Source: the human T2T-CHM13v2.0 reference genome, Homo sapiens
Reading direction: 5' to 3'
Assembly (NCBI GenBank): GCA_009914755.4
Contig: CP068257.2
Span: 14,176,001 to 14,240,000, forward strand
Length of the DNA stretch: 64,000 bases
The position numbers and the translations under genes are program-made. The notes beneath the pieces are model-generated. The model searched no databases. It had not been told where the DNA came from and was given only the letters and a program-made list of their open reading frames with translations. Positions within the stretch are counted from its first letter, which is position 1. Every line of letters starts with the position of its first letter. This document shows positions 1-13,368 of this stretch, in pieces.

Positions 1-3000
1 ATAATAATTCAGCTTGATTTAAGAGACTGTCACTGACTAAAGTATAGTATCAGTTTTTAAAAAATAACATATTTAAATTATAGTCTTATTATATCCTTTA
101 GAAAAAGTATTCTTGAATCTCTAAAAGCCAGTAAGTAACATTACAGACTATTTCTAAATTGGCATAATCCCTGATAACAATAGCTTTTTCCTCAATCTAT
201 TAAAAATTGTTGATTTTATTTTGGCCCAGAGAACATCTTATTTGCTGAAATAGCTGTGGCCAACTAATATATAGGAAGACCTCCAGTCTTCCAAGCTAAA
301 ACATCCAATTGGCTATAAGAGTTTAAATTTTGTGGATGATATACTAAGAGACAACTGAATAAGTTAAACATGATTATATCCAAAATAACTGCTTAAATAT
401 TTTTTAAATGATACATTTTAACTTTTAAATGGTATGCAATTTGTAGATGAGTCAGACTCTCCAGGAAACATGGAGATATTTTTTGATTGTCTGTTGGAGG
501 AAAAAAATTTCAGATAGTAAATACTTCACTTGTAGTGTGAGTATTCACTACTACCAGTGTGTGCTGTGTGTTCTTTTAGACTATTGCTATGCACATATAA
601 GTATTTGCATCTGTCCACACTGCCCCGAAAGTTGCATTTTTCACTCAGCAGTATATCATGAGCATGCTTCTAAGTTAGTGTAGAGCTTTACGTCAGTGTT
701 TTTAAAATCTACATAGTGTCACATAGTCTGTATTTATAAAATTAAATTGATTTAATTATCCTGTAAGGCAGTAACTCGAAAAAGAACTATTCTGAAGAAT
801 GTCTTTGTATAAATACCCTTGCGCACTTAGGAATGAAGTATAGTTAGAAGTAGAATCTTTGGGTCACAGGGCATACTCATTTAGATGTGTTGGCACTGCC
901 AAATTTCCCTTCACAAAGTTGTACCAAGTTATAATAAAGTGCTAGAAGGAGTTTTTACAAAGCTTTAAAAACAAAATTAGAGAAACAATATCGACATGTA
1001 CCATATTAGACATCTGTAGAGGTTATATGGGGAACTTAACTTTTGAAATCAAAGGGCAAATGAGTCAAGGCAATTAAATGACTGGAGCTAATTTTTTAAC
1101 TGGAATAAAAAGTTTTTGCTTCTTGTGCATAGTTTACATCCTGGCTTGGTTTGATATTCCGTGGGGAATTTGAAGTGATAGGTGTGTTTTTTCTGTTGTT
1201 TTTTTCTCTCCACATTTGTGTAATCCTCTCATAAAAGCAAGGTATCTTATACACTTTAATAGAAAACCAGCTATTAAAACTCATAAAAATGACATACTCT
1301 TTAGGAACTACTTTTGTTAACAGGTGAGATTTCTAGAATTGTGATGAATTTAGAAGCACTTGTGCTGCCAATACTGATTATGTAAGTTCTTTATTCACTA
1401 ACTGCAGAAATCTATTCCTCCTGTAGTTTCATTATCTAGTAAAATAATAATATGTTTAGAGATATGGAGAATGACCTCTGTCTCACAAGCATGGCATACT
1501 AGTTAGATTGTAGACAAGTAGATATAGTTTTTTGTTGAATGGAAATATTTTTTTGAAAGAAAAATTTCTCATGTTTCGTATTATTTAAAATTCAAATTAT
1601 GTACTGCTATACTACAATCCAAATATTGCAGAGCTAGACATACCATTAATATTTTAAAACATGAATTTACAGAATGTCTGGTTATCTCATCTTGTCCCCA
1701 TCAGCTTTAGAATGAGAAAGTGAAATCCTTCCACTCTTGTAGTAGGAAAAACCTGCCATCGCTGATAGAGGAAAATGCATTCATAACAGAGACATATTAC
1801 ATAACATTTTTGAACATCCTTTTGTAAGGTATGGAAGCTATTTATATTTCCTGGACTTTTCATGGTCTACAGAAAAGTGTACCCCAGTTTGGGTCATTTC
1901 ATTTCTTGTGGCCATTGTAGATTTCCATGAATTAAAATATGTAACTATTTAATTTTAATGGTGACATTTAAAGTATTGCAATAAAATATGAAAGTGATAG
2001 TTCTTGAAATCTACTTTCTTGTTTGAGTATCATAAAATGGAGCAGAGAATATTATCCTAAAGAATCAAAAGTGTTCTTTCTGATGTGTCTGGGGTAATGT
2101 TTTAATTCTTAATAATAATTTTATATGTGGATTAGAACTAACTCAAAAATTCTTGCCAGTTCCATGTGAGATCAAAATGAGTAAGCAAACTTTGCTAATC
2201 AAATTTTAAAACTTGAGATGTTTCTTATATTTTTCATAATTTTATTTAATCCGTTTCAGGTATTATCCATATAAAACAAATTCCTTAAACTTTAGCTTTC
2301 AGTAAAAGATAACCATCCAGCTCAGGAAATCTCAGTTCAAGTAATTATAGCATTTTGAAAGAGAAATAGTATTGAATACCATTTGCTTTTATTTGCTGTA
2401 GAGAAAAGTAGCAACTTTCCAGATCCTCCTCAGATTCAGTTTGCCAGATGTGTGCCATTCATGCTTTTTTTGGATGTTCAAATTTAAATTTGGTATATTC
2501 TTAACTTATTGACAGATGTGTGGTGGCATTTTGTGACACTTGAAATTATCACACACAATAGATTATGCAGCAGTTTCGCATATTGCAGTTTATAATAAGC
2601 ACTTCAGAACTATTTTATACTTCTGTTCTTTGTTGATTTACATACAATCTTTCTTTCTCTTTAAATACATATGCTTATGTATAATTTGAGGTTGTATATG
2701 AAAATAATTTTCTTTTAAAAATGTTGAATTTCATGCTTAATTGAACAGTTACCAAAGCATGTATGGGGATTAGGGGCTGGGGGTAGGGGAAGGAAATTAC
2801 GGCTATACTCATTATCAGAATTTGGCTCATAGCAATGAGACATTCAATTCTTTAAACACTAGTTATTTTAAAAGATTTTAAGTAAATTACTCTAAGTATT
2901 AACTTTTTGTTAGTGATATGTCTTTTTCATAAATTAGTATGAAATCCAGCAGAGGAGCTAAAGCTAAAACAGGAAAACACCATTTTTTCATTTTTAGTAT

Positions 3001-3455
3001 GAGAGTTGTGACGATTTATGATATAAATTTTTTTTTGAGTACTCCCTCTCATAAGTTATTTTATCACAGGATTTTGATGCTTTGGTTAAGTATAAGTGCC
3101 ATTCAACATCACGTTGAAGAAGACAGAGAAGACTTGAGCTACTAAGTCATGGTTTTAACCAGTGTCTTTTTCTTTGGGCTAGAAATTCTAATGTAAAGAA
3201 TTATTTTCGAAGGATAGTTGTGAGATTTCTTTTTTTCCTGATCATATATTATACCCACTCTTGGAATTTTCAAGAGGTGTGGAAAACTTTTAGAAAGAGG
3301 TTGAGTTTTAACTAAACTGTGTACCCAGTTACTTGTCAGGTCCGCATTGTGGTGATACATATAACAATGTCAGTGCCCACATCCTGTGCCTAAGATTGCA
3401 GTGAAGAAAACAAAGGTGGTATTAAAGTTTTTGTTATTGTTTTATTTCCTTTCAG

Positions 3456-3583
3456 CATTGGTTTACTGAATTACCACCTGTGTTAACATTTGAATTGTCA
3501 AGATTTGAATTTAATCAGGCATTGGGAAGACCAGAAAAAATTCACAACAAATTAGAATTTCCCCAAGTTTTATATTTGGACAG
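3456..3583 (+). CDS. USP28: USP28 coding exon (first exon visible in window). Encodes [42 protein letters not shown], with the USP 'LPPVLxxxLxRF' motif.
   Basis: Acceptor ttatttcctttcag|CAT and donor GACAG|gtatgg. Open frame, phase 0 start, ends with 2 nt (AG) that join the next exon to give R. Protein recognised from memory as USP28. Confidence 0.85.
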
Positions 3584-3893
3584 GTATGGTTTGATATACT
3601 GCATGACTTAGTTTGAAACAGTTTAGTAAGGGAGAAAATATTGTTTAGAGGAAAATTCTGCATAATTTTCTTAGAATTAATTTCTACTTTTGCATAATAT
3701 ACCTAATACCATTTGTCAAGGTAGATGAAATTTACTTTGTATTAGAAAAGTATAGTTTTTGGGAATAATGTTATAAGGAAATTTAAAAAAGATGAATTTT
3801 GTAATCTTAAAATTCAGAATTTTAAAAAATACCATTTTGTATTATCTACCTTACATCTTATACAATTTTGAATGAATTGATGCTTTGTGGTGA

Positions 3894-4316
<423 letters not shown>

Positions 4317-4382
4317 CATCTGGCCATATTGCATCTACTTTCATGATATTCGGAAATGCTAATGATTACCTTTTTCTGATAG

Positions 4383-4478
4383 ATACATGCACAGAAACAG
4401 AGAAATAACAAGAATTAAGAGGGAAGAGATCAAGAGACTGAAAGATTACCTCACGGTATTACAACAAAGGCTAGAAAG
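4383..4478 (+). CDS. USP28: USP28 coding exon encoding (R)[31 protein letters not shown](R).
   Basis: Acceptor tttttctgatag|ATAC and donor GAAAG|gtatttt. Frame continuous with the previous exon (AG+A = Arg). Confidence 0.85.
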
Positions 4479-4827
4479 GTATTTTAACTTTTATGAAATT
4501 AGGAGATAATTATCAGAAACCATGTATTTGGTGACTAGATTTTTAATTTCAAATTTGCTTTGAGTGATTTATAATTTTAGGAGTAGTTAATATTGTGTGA
4601 ATAGTTTTGAGTTTTGCTTGAAACTAAAAATCTATAGTAGACTTTAAAAAATTATTCTAGTGTTTAAAATTAAATATCTCATTGTCAACAGGTAATGTTC
4701 CTACTGCTGAAAATAGATACAAAGTTAAATGAATATAGTTTTGACCTTCCTTTTTGCATGAAACTAAAGATTACTCTTGAGATTTTCATTAAAATGAATG
4801 GTATCTGAGTTTTTCTCCTTAAAACAG

Positions 4828-4890
4828 GATACAAACTCAGCTGCCTACCAAGTCTTCTCAGCAGCTTCGTAAAGGAGGAAATTGTGTCAG
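4828..4890 (+). CDS. Candidate 63-nt in-frame micro-cassette exon encoding (R)IQTQLPTKSSQQLRKGGNCV(R). Not part of the canonical protein as I recall it.
   Basis: Acceptor tttttctccttaaaacag|GAT and donor GTCAG|gtgtaaga (weak at +4 to +6). Length is a multiple of 3 and keeps the phase between the flanking exons with no stop. Purely a sequence-based prediction. Confidence 0.25.
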
Positions 4891-5620
4891 GTGTAAGATG
4901 GTATGTGCCGGGAGCCTAGAGAGCAATCTGTGTGTACAGGGAATGAATGCCATTCCATACCAGTGGATGGTACCATGTATGAGTATGGCCTCACTGTTGT
5001 CTATTGATTTGGATCATTTCTAAAAGACGTCAGAATCTGGACTGAGAAATGTTCTACAGGCCAGACAGAAATCTAAAGGCTGAAATGTCACAAGTCATTT
5101 CAGTTTGCAAACCCCAATCTGCTCTGCATTCCCCTATTTTAGGAATTTTCAAATTAGTAGTCTAAAACTTCTTACATCAAATAGTATATTGTATTTTAAT
5201 GATTTTTATTCTTAAAAAGTATGAATAATCATATTGAAACATGATTAGTGGTAAAAGATAGGAGGATAGTACACATCACTGTCTTGATCATGAGACCAGA
5301 TGCCAGATCTAAAAATAAAAACAGTCTCAGGAGATGTCAGTTTTCATCTTCCTATTGAGTTACAATTTAGAACAGCATTTACAGATTATAACAGTATATA
5401 CTCACATTCAGTCCCAATCGGCCTTGGTTTCCTGTCTTTGGGGAACTTTTAATGTTTTTCTTAAGTGTATATTCAGTTTTACCATCTTCGTTTTAAAGCA
5501 AATGAATTTTATTGCTGAGGAAGTTTTATTGAAGTATCGTATCACGTTTTATAATAATAATAAAGGCCCAAATATGCTGTATATAGAAATAAAAGCATTT
5601 GTACATTTTATGATTAACAG

Positions 5621-5782
5621 ATATTTAAGCTATGGTTCCGGTCCCAAACGATTCCCCTTGGTAGATGTTCTTCAGTATGCATTGGAATTTGCCTCAAGTA
5701 AACCTGTTTGCACTTCTCCTGTTGACGATATTGACGCTAGTTCCCCACCTAGTGGTTCCATACCATCACAGACATTACCAAG
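5621..5782 (+). CDS. USP28: USP28 coding exon encoding (R)[53 protein letters not shown].
   Basis: Acceptor tgattaacag|ATATTT and donor CCAAG|gtaaaaag. It is the C-terminal part of track ORF 5334..5786. Frame joins the 4383-4478 exon (AG+A), or equally the 63-nt candidate exon. Confidence 0.85.
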
Positions 5783-6393
5783 GTAAAAAGTAATCCTGAT
5801 GCAAGAGACAGTTGTTACCTTTATTACACAATAATGTAACTGCTGCCTTTAAAGACAGTTTCTATAAAATGTATGCTTTGATTTACTTCAGTGAACTCCT
5901 AAGAGTAGATTCACTTAGAAGACTGTATGTCCTCTGGGAGTTTTTTTATTATTTCAGTAGATTTTATGGTTATGGATTAAAATTTTAATCACATTTTTTT
6001 TCAGTTCAGAATTATACTTTAGCATGTTTTGGTATGTACATATATAAGATTCAGCATTTTATGATCCATAAAAATAGTACTATCAAATTAGAATTTGTTT
6101 CTGTAATGTAAGCTGATAAGCCAGGGAAAATAATATCACCATGCGTAAGATTTTCTTGTTTTTTAGAAATAAATATGATTAAGCTGTTTTAACTCTAAAG
6201 CTACAACTTCATCTTATAATAATTTAGTTCTTATGTATTAAAAATCTCATTTGGATGTTAGATCAATCCACATATTTCTTTAAGATTTTTTCTTTTGAAT
6301 TACAAGCCAATTTAATACTGTGGGTTTGGCACGATCTTTGTCAAGAGTTTCAGCTTGAAAGGTTAATAAGAAATACTCTATGCTTTGATACAG

Positions 6394-6620
6394 CACAACA
6401 GAACAACAGGGAGCCCTATCTTCAGAACTGCCAAGCACATCACCTTCATCAGTTGCTGCCATTTCATCGAGATCAGTAATACACAAACCATTTACTCAGT
6501 CCCGGATACCTCCAGATTTGCCCATGCATCCGGCACCAAGGCACATAACGGAGGAAGAACTTTCTGTGCTGGAAAGTTGTTTACATCGCTGGAGGACAGA
6601 AATAGAAAATGACACCAGAG
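6394..6620 (+). CDS. USP28: USP28 coding exon encoding [76 protein letters not shown].
   Basis: Acceptor tgctttgatacag|CACAAC and donor ACCAGAG|gtaagaag. Frame matches track ORF 6518..6754. It is 1 + 75 codons + 1 nt. Confidence 0.9.
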
Positions 6621-7158
6621 GTAAGAAGTGTCTCATAGCATGGTTACTGTCACCTCAGATGGATATGTGTAATGTTAATATTGAGAAGGGAAATCACGTC
6701 TGGATTTTATATTTAAATATTATAGTCATTTTTCTTTTCCAGAAAGGGTTTTAAGATAAACTAGTTTGGCTCCCCATTTTTATAATCTCAATATCAGGTT
6801 CACAGGGACCAAAAGATTTTCCCTGGATTGCTTAGCTGATTAATGACATAGCAGATGGCCTGATTTTCTAGTTTGCTGCTCTAAATTTATATCAAACTGG
6901 TATTCACAGTTACTCCATTGGAGAAATGTCATACAATATCAATGTTTGTACATATCAATTAGGTACTAAATCTAAGTTTGCACAGGGAGTTCCGGTGATT
7001 AAAAAATTTTCTTTGGGCTTAAGAATTAGAAATGTGAATTTTAATTTTTAATAGCTCTAACAGATTTATGAGTATCTATGATCCCATTACTAGTCTGTAA
7101 CAGAGTTTTTACTGGCATGCAGCAAAATAAGAAAAATAAGGACAGTGCTCTGGGTGGG

Positions 7159-7172
7159 GTGTGTGCACTTGT

Positions 7173-7222
<50 letters not shown>
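7159..7222. repeat. (GT)n microsatellite, about 30 units.
   Basis: gtgtgcgtgtgcgtgtgtgt...gtc. Explains track ORFs 7078..7311 and 7145..7342. Confidence 0.95.
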
Positions 7223-7223
<1 letters not shown>

Positions 7224-8067
7224 AAGTTGCCATCTGTCCTTTCTTGGAAGGAACTCTCTTTTATTCTTTTCTATTCTATTTTTTCTTTTTTTTCAGAATA
7301 AGTTATTCTGAACTTTTCTCTTTCCTACTTTGCTGCTGTTAAAGTGTACTTAAAAAAATGGATTATGGTAGATTTTATTACATTTTTTTCCTTAAATGTG
7401 AAAATATAATTCCCTATTATCATTCCCCAATTTTATGCTGATTTATTGATTTTTGAAAAAAATGAACTATGTGACATGGTTGGAATTATATTGAACAATA
7501 TTGATTGTTGGATATTATATGACCAACTTAACTCTTTATAGACAATATTTGAAAAAGAATGGCCCTAATTTAGTAAGAAGTACATAAGGTATGATGGTGA
7601 CTAACAGCATTAGTAGCTGTCAAGATTTTCTTTAGTATTTTTCAAATAAGAGGGAATTTTTAAAAATATTTGAACTCATTAACAAACATTAATCAAGCAA
7701 ATAGTGTTGATGAAGCACTATATTAGGCGTTGGGTAATTTTCTACTCCTCATGGCAGGTTGTTTTTAAAAGATTACATTCAGAGGAGTGGAAGCTAGGAA
7801 GCTTTTGACACCTAAGTAGTGGCATTGAGGGAGGGAAGAAGTGAATGTACTTAAAATACTCTTTGGAGACAACTGACAGATGTGGGTCATTGGCTAGAGG
7901 TAAGAGAGAGGGACGAATCGAATGATTCTCTCAGTTCATAATGGTATGAATAACCAAATAGAATGTATTTTGGAAAAAAGGTAAAGCAGTGGGCAAAGAG
8001 GTTCCCACTCAGGGGAGGAAAGAGAAATATGATGAGTTCTCTTTTGGCCATTTTAAGTTTGAAGAGC

Positions 8068-8352
8068 TTTTTTGAGACGGAGTCTCGCTCTGTCACCAGG
8101 CTGGAGTGCAGTGGCATGAACTCGGGCTCACTCCAGCCTCTGCCTCCCAGGTTCAAGCGATTCTCCTGCCTCAGCCTCCCAAGTAGCTGGGATTACAGTT
8201 GTGTGCCACCACACCCAACTAATTTTTGTATTTTTAGTAGAGATGGGGTTTCACCATGTTGGCCAGGGTGGTCTCAATCTCTTGACCTTGTTATCCGCCC
8301 ACCTCAGCCTCCCAAAGTGCTGGGATTACAGGCGTGAGCCACCATGCCTGGC
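8068..8352 (-). mobile_element. Alu SINE (antisense).
   Basis: ttttttgagacggagtctcgctctgtcaccaggctggagtgcag ... gtgctgggattacaggcgtgagccaccatgcctggc. Confidence 0.9.
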
Positions 8353-8569
8353 TGTTAAGATTTTTATATGTAATACTATGGATCAGGAAAGAAGGTTTTC
8401 CTCAGGATATTTTTTTTCTTTCTTTCATCCATATTGATGTTAGCAGTTAGCATTATTTTGTAAACTATTGTGTAATATTCCAACACACGGGTATGATGTA
8501 ATTCATTTAATTCCCATATTGATATTTCCTAAATAGTGCTGGTCTTCGATATACATATTTATACACTTC

Positions 8570-9620
8570 TGTAAGTAGGATATGTTCTTTTTTATGTTCA
8601 GGGGTACATGTGCAGGTTTGCTATAAAGGTAAATTACATGTCTTGGGGGTTTGGTGTAAGATTATTTCATCATGCAGGTAATAAGCACAGTACCTGATAG
8701 GTGGTTTTTCCATCCTCACCCTGCTCCCACCCTCCACCCTAATGTAGGCCCCAATATCTGTTGTTTCCTTATGTCCACCATTTCTGGTTCAGAGTGTGTA
8801 TATTTTAAATTTTGACGACTGTTTTAAAATTGTCACTCCAAAACATTAAACCAGTTTGCATTCCCACTGTGTGAGAGAGCCTGTCTCCCAGTATCCTCCC
8901 TAGCCCTGGACACTTTTTAGTAGTTTTTCACAATTGAAAAACTGGTATTTTAGTGTTTTGATTTGCATTCCCTTAGCTTCGAGTGAAGTTGGATATTTAT
9001 ATTGTTCTGTAAATTTCTTGTTTGTGACATTTGCCCATTTTTTAAGTATTGAGCTATTTGTATTTTTCTTATTACTTAATAGAAAGTTTAATGTATTGTG
9101 GATATTAACACTTTACCTATAATATCACATATGCTGCAGATATTATTTTCCCAGTTTTTCATTTGATTTTATGTTGGTTTTGTTTTCTTTTTATAATGTA
9201 GATTTTTTAAAGTGTTGGGCAGGGAGGATCTTATCTTTTCCTATAAGGTTACTAGTTTTCTGACAGGCTTAAGACAGGTCTTTCCCCACTCTAAAGTTAG
9301 CCAGTTTCTTTTATAGTTTTTCAAGGTTTCTTCCTGATTGGTTCAGCAGCTTCACAATATGATGTGGTTACAATCTAACCGTTTCCTTATTGACAGATAT
9401 TTAGGTTATCTCTTTTTTAAAAATTATTGTGGACAATATGACTGTGAACATCCCTATCTGAACAATTTTGTAGGATTATTTTCTACTAGAAGTAGAAATA
9501 ATTGTCATGGGAGTGCCATAATTTTATTTTCACTGGTGATTATAGTCGATTTTTATTCAGTTATGTGTGTGTACAAGATATGTGGTGAACATGTTTTACT
9601 TTGTTCTTAAGTTTACTTGT
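8570..9620 (-). mobile_element. Old L1 (LINE-1) 3'-end fragment, antisense (L1M/L1PB-like, diverged).
   Basis: ggggtacatgtgcaggtttg...tcctcaccctgctcccaccctccaccc, ttttgatttgcattccc...tttgcccattttttaa and other antisense L1 ORF2/3'UTR motifs. Boundaries approximate. Confidence 0.55.
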
Positions 9621-9947
9621 GTTATAGCAATATGTAAGGAAGCTTAGCTTTCATTTTCATTGAAACTCTCCTTTATAGATTTGAACAAAATTCACTTTTA
9701 TTGGCTCTGCACATTTTCTAGATAAATCATATTTGTGTTGTTTTTAAAGTATGCATTTGTACTGTGTCTTTTATTAAGAATAACTATAATTCATTTTCTA
9801 CAGATTTCAAATGGTAATGTTTTTTAAGAAAAGTTTTAGGAAAATTTTCCTATTCCTCTAACATGTTTGTAGGAAAAACATTAGTCCTTATCTTATAAGT
9901 AGAAACACATTTGCTGTTAATCATTAAATGACACCTTATATCCTTAG

Positions 9948-10018
9948 ATTTGCAGGAAAGCATATCCAGAATCCATCGAACAATTGAATTAATGTACTCT
10001 GACAAATCTATGATACAA
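9948..10018 (+). CDS. USP28: USP28 coding exon encoding [24 protein letters not shown].
   Basis: Acceptor ttatatccttag|ATTTGC and donor ATACAA|gtaagtg (strong). G from the previous exon + AT = Asp. Ends in phase 0. Confidence 0.85.
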
Positions 10019-10817
10019 GTAAGTGAAATTTTGAGCTAGTAATCATTGTCAAAATTATTTACATATATTTTAATTTACCTTTACATTATCTTAATCTAAT
10101 TTTTCTTTACATGTTTTGTTTTAAAATTTTGGCAAATCTTATTGTAAAATAATAAGGGCTTGCAATATGTACAATGTGACAGTTCATCTGAATGGGGAAA
10201 CTTTTATAACAAATTTATAACAAAATTCATGACAAGTTTTCCCCATTCAGTTGTATTTTCACACCGTATGTGTTGTGTACCCTTACTATTTTACAGTAAA
10301 ATCTACCAAAGTTTTTCAAAAGGCTATAGCATCTTTAAAAAGTCTTATGGGAGAAAATCTATGGTTGTTAAAGGATATTAAGATTTGGGAAGAAACTTAA
10401 GGACTCCATTACATTTTAACTTCTGGTGTATATCATATAATCTATTTTGTTAACCGTCAATTTAGAATTCTGAAGATGTAGACACATTTGCTATATGTAA
10501 AACTGCCCACTATAAGCTTTTTATTCAAATAAACAATTAGGCCAATGAGTATGTACACAATAAATACATTTTTAGTTTTTCAAAAATCATCTTTTTAATC
10601 TATCAACTTTGCATATCTTTAGCTTATTCAGATTCCGTCTTTTTAAAGTTTTATAGTTTAGTTTTTTTCAAACTTTTAAGCCCAGCCAGTTCTCTCTCAT
10701 TTAAAAAAAAAAATGCTCTTATGGTTTTCTCCAAACAGGTTGTTTGTGGGTTTCATGGAATGTGGTATATAGTAAACTACATAATTGCAGTTTAACTCTT
10801 CTTTTTTTCACATTTAG

Positions 10818-11046
10818 GTTCCTTATCGATTACATGCCGTTTTAGTTCACGAAGGCCAAGCTAATGCTGGGCACTACTGGGCATATATTTTTGATCATCG
10901 TGAAAGCAGATGGATGAAGTACAATGATATTGCTGTGACAAAATCATCATGGGAAGAGCTAGTGAGGGACTCTTTTGGTGGTTATAGAAATGCCAGTGCA
11001 TACTGTTTAATGTACATAAATGATAAGGCACAGTTCCTAATACAAG
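10818..11046 (+). CDS. USP28: USP28 coding exon carrying the USP catalytic His box: [76 protein letters not shown].
   Basis: Acceptor ttcacatttag|GTTCC and donor TACAAG|gtaagaat. Contains the diagnostic USP 'HxGxxxxGHY' motif. The paralogue USP25 differs here as I recall it (YIYNQPRQSWLKYNDISVTE...), which supports USP28. Confidence 0.92.
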
Positions 11047-12153
11047 GTAAGAATATATAGGGTGGTGTGTATTTTTAAATAGTCATAAAAGTGGCTCTGG
11101 TATGTGGTGTGATTAGTTAAGTGTAATTCACTCAGACGATGAAGGATGTGGTTAGGAAATGCTACTGGGTTTTGACAAGACTGAATTGAAAAGTAATGTC
11201 GTCAGGGCTAAGAATTCGTATATATTTTGTATTCCAAGTCAACTATTAAAGGTAAATATGACCTTTTTCGTCCTTGCTAAAAATGCTTTAGTGACTGTTC
11301 CACAGATTGACTCACATTTAATATTTAATTCCTTAGCCTAACATATATGGCCTCTGTTCTTGGCCTCTGATTATCTCCCCACCTTCATTGATCACCAGTG
11401 TTCCTTTTGAATTTATATCCTTACTGAACTTCTTGCTGTATCTGCTCATATCAAACCATTTCACACATTTATGTTTGCATGTTCGTATATGTTTTATTTT
11501 TTGCTAGTAATTCTTTTGCCTAATTCTTGTTTATCTGTCAAGATTCAATTCAGGTGTCATTTCCCCTGCAAACTATTTCTTGATCTGCCAAAAAGTATCT
11601 CTCCTTATGCTGTCCTGGCATCTGTCTACTGGGCATTTACTGTTGTGTATTGGAACTGTGTGATGACTTGTCTTGCACATTTCTCTCTTATCTGCTCAGA
11701 GCCAGAGATCATGTCATACTATGTCTGAATCTTTTTAATGCTGATATTCTGATATATGCTTTGCATATAGAAAATAATAAAGGTTTATTGAAACTGATAA
11801 AAATAATCTTTTTATATTTAGTCATTCAGAATCAGCTAGGCAGTCCACTTCTGACTAAAAAAATGAAGTTATTTTTCTGTGTGTGTAGTAGAAGTTCAGT
11901 AATTCTTCTGAATACTCTATTGTTTTTAAGATCTTGCTATATTAATTTTCATAATTGCATATTTAAGTCTACTTAATTTCTTCATATGACAAACAATTTT
12001 CATTTTATTTTGAGCTAATAAGGTTAACATGATTATGAGTTGTTTACATTTTGTGAAAAGTTTTACTTTTTAAGTGATCAAACATCTGGTATTTTCCAAT
12101 AGTGGCAGAAGTAGTATTACATCACTGTTAGAGTAGCAAAGAAAAAAAAAAAT

Positions 12154-12541
<388 letters not shown>

Positions 12542-12764
12542 TTATCAAATATTTTCATCATTGTTTTTCTGAGCATTTGTTTGAGTTTTAAAAAGTTTTG
12601 TAGATAATAATTATTTGCTAAGCAATAGTAATTCTTAAGTAATATGATTGGCTGAGTGGTAATAATTCATAGTTTAAATTCTATTTGAAATGCAGTCTAT
12701 TTTGAGCTTTGCATTTTCCCTTTAATTCTTAATTTTATACTAGTTTTTGAAATATGATTTGCAG

Positions 12765-12965
12765 AGGAGTTTAATAAAGAAACTGGGCAGCCCCTTGTTG
12801 GTATAGAAACATTACCACCGGATTTGAGAGATTTTGTTGAGGAAGACAACCAACGATTTGAAAAAGAACTAGAAGAATGGGATGCACAACTTGCCCAGAA
12901 AGCTTTGCAGGAAAAGCTTTTAGCGTCTCAGAAATTGAGAGAGTCAGAGACTTCTGTGACAACAG
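12765..12965 (+). CDS. USP28: USP28 coding exon encoding [67 protein letters not shown].
   Basis: Acceptor aatatgatttgcag|AGGAG and donor ACAACAG|gtttgtcc. The track + ORF 12824..13036 and - ORF 12771..12962 overlap it, but the coding frame is the spliced one. Confidence 0.9.
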
Positions 12966-13293
12966 GTTTGTCCATTTTTATTAAGTTGTGTTTGATTATC
13001 AATATTATTTTTATAATAAGATATGCTCATTATTAAAAAGTTTTAGCTATCTTAAAGTGTGAGGAAATCAGTAGAAATCATTTCAAATTCCATCACTCAG
13101 ATTATCACAGTTAACAATTTAGTTTACCTTTTTGCCAGACACCACTGTATATATTTATATGTTTTTCAAGATAAATGAGATAATTCTGTTGACTTTCCCT
13201 CTACCTACTCTGCCTGTGTTGGGTGGGCTTGAATTTTCTTGGCAAGTAGCAGAGAAAGCTGTGAAATCAGCAAGAAACCCAAACCAATTCACT

Positions 13294-13368
13294 AAAGCTA
13301 TCAAGAGTATCAATTCAATAAAGCTATCAAGAGTATCAATTCAATAAAGCTATCAAGAGTAGTAATTT
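13294..13368. repeat. 27-bp tandem repeat x about 2.8 (aaagctatcaagagtatcaattcaata).
   Basis: Directly visible perfect copies. Confidence 0.9.

Noticed and set aside
1310-1390. Possible upstream USP28 exon (...ttgttaacag|gtgagatttctagaattgtgatgaatttag...ctgattat|gtaagttc) with a perfect GTAAGT donor.
   Set aside because: Only one frame is open (EISRIVMNLEALVLPILI) and it does not match the USP28 sequence expected upstream of HWFTELPP (which I recall as ...EGEIESLHSENSGKSGQE). The 'acceptor' is immediately followed by GT. It is likely a pseudo-exon, and the true upstream exon is probably outside the window.
10190-10253. 16-bp inverted repeat (ctgaatggggaaactt ... aagttttccccattcag) with a 35-nt loop in an intron.
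   Set aside because: It is a single isolated hairpin with no flanking conservation cues and no miRNA-like features (the stem is too short and the loop too long). Noted only as a curiosity.
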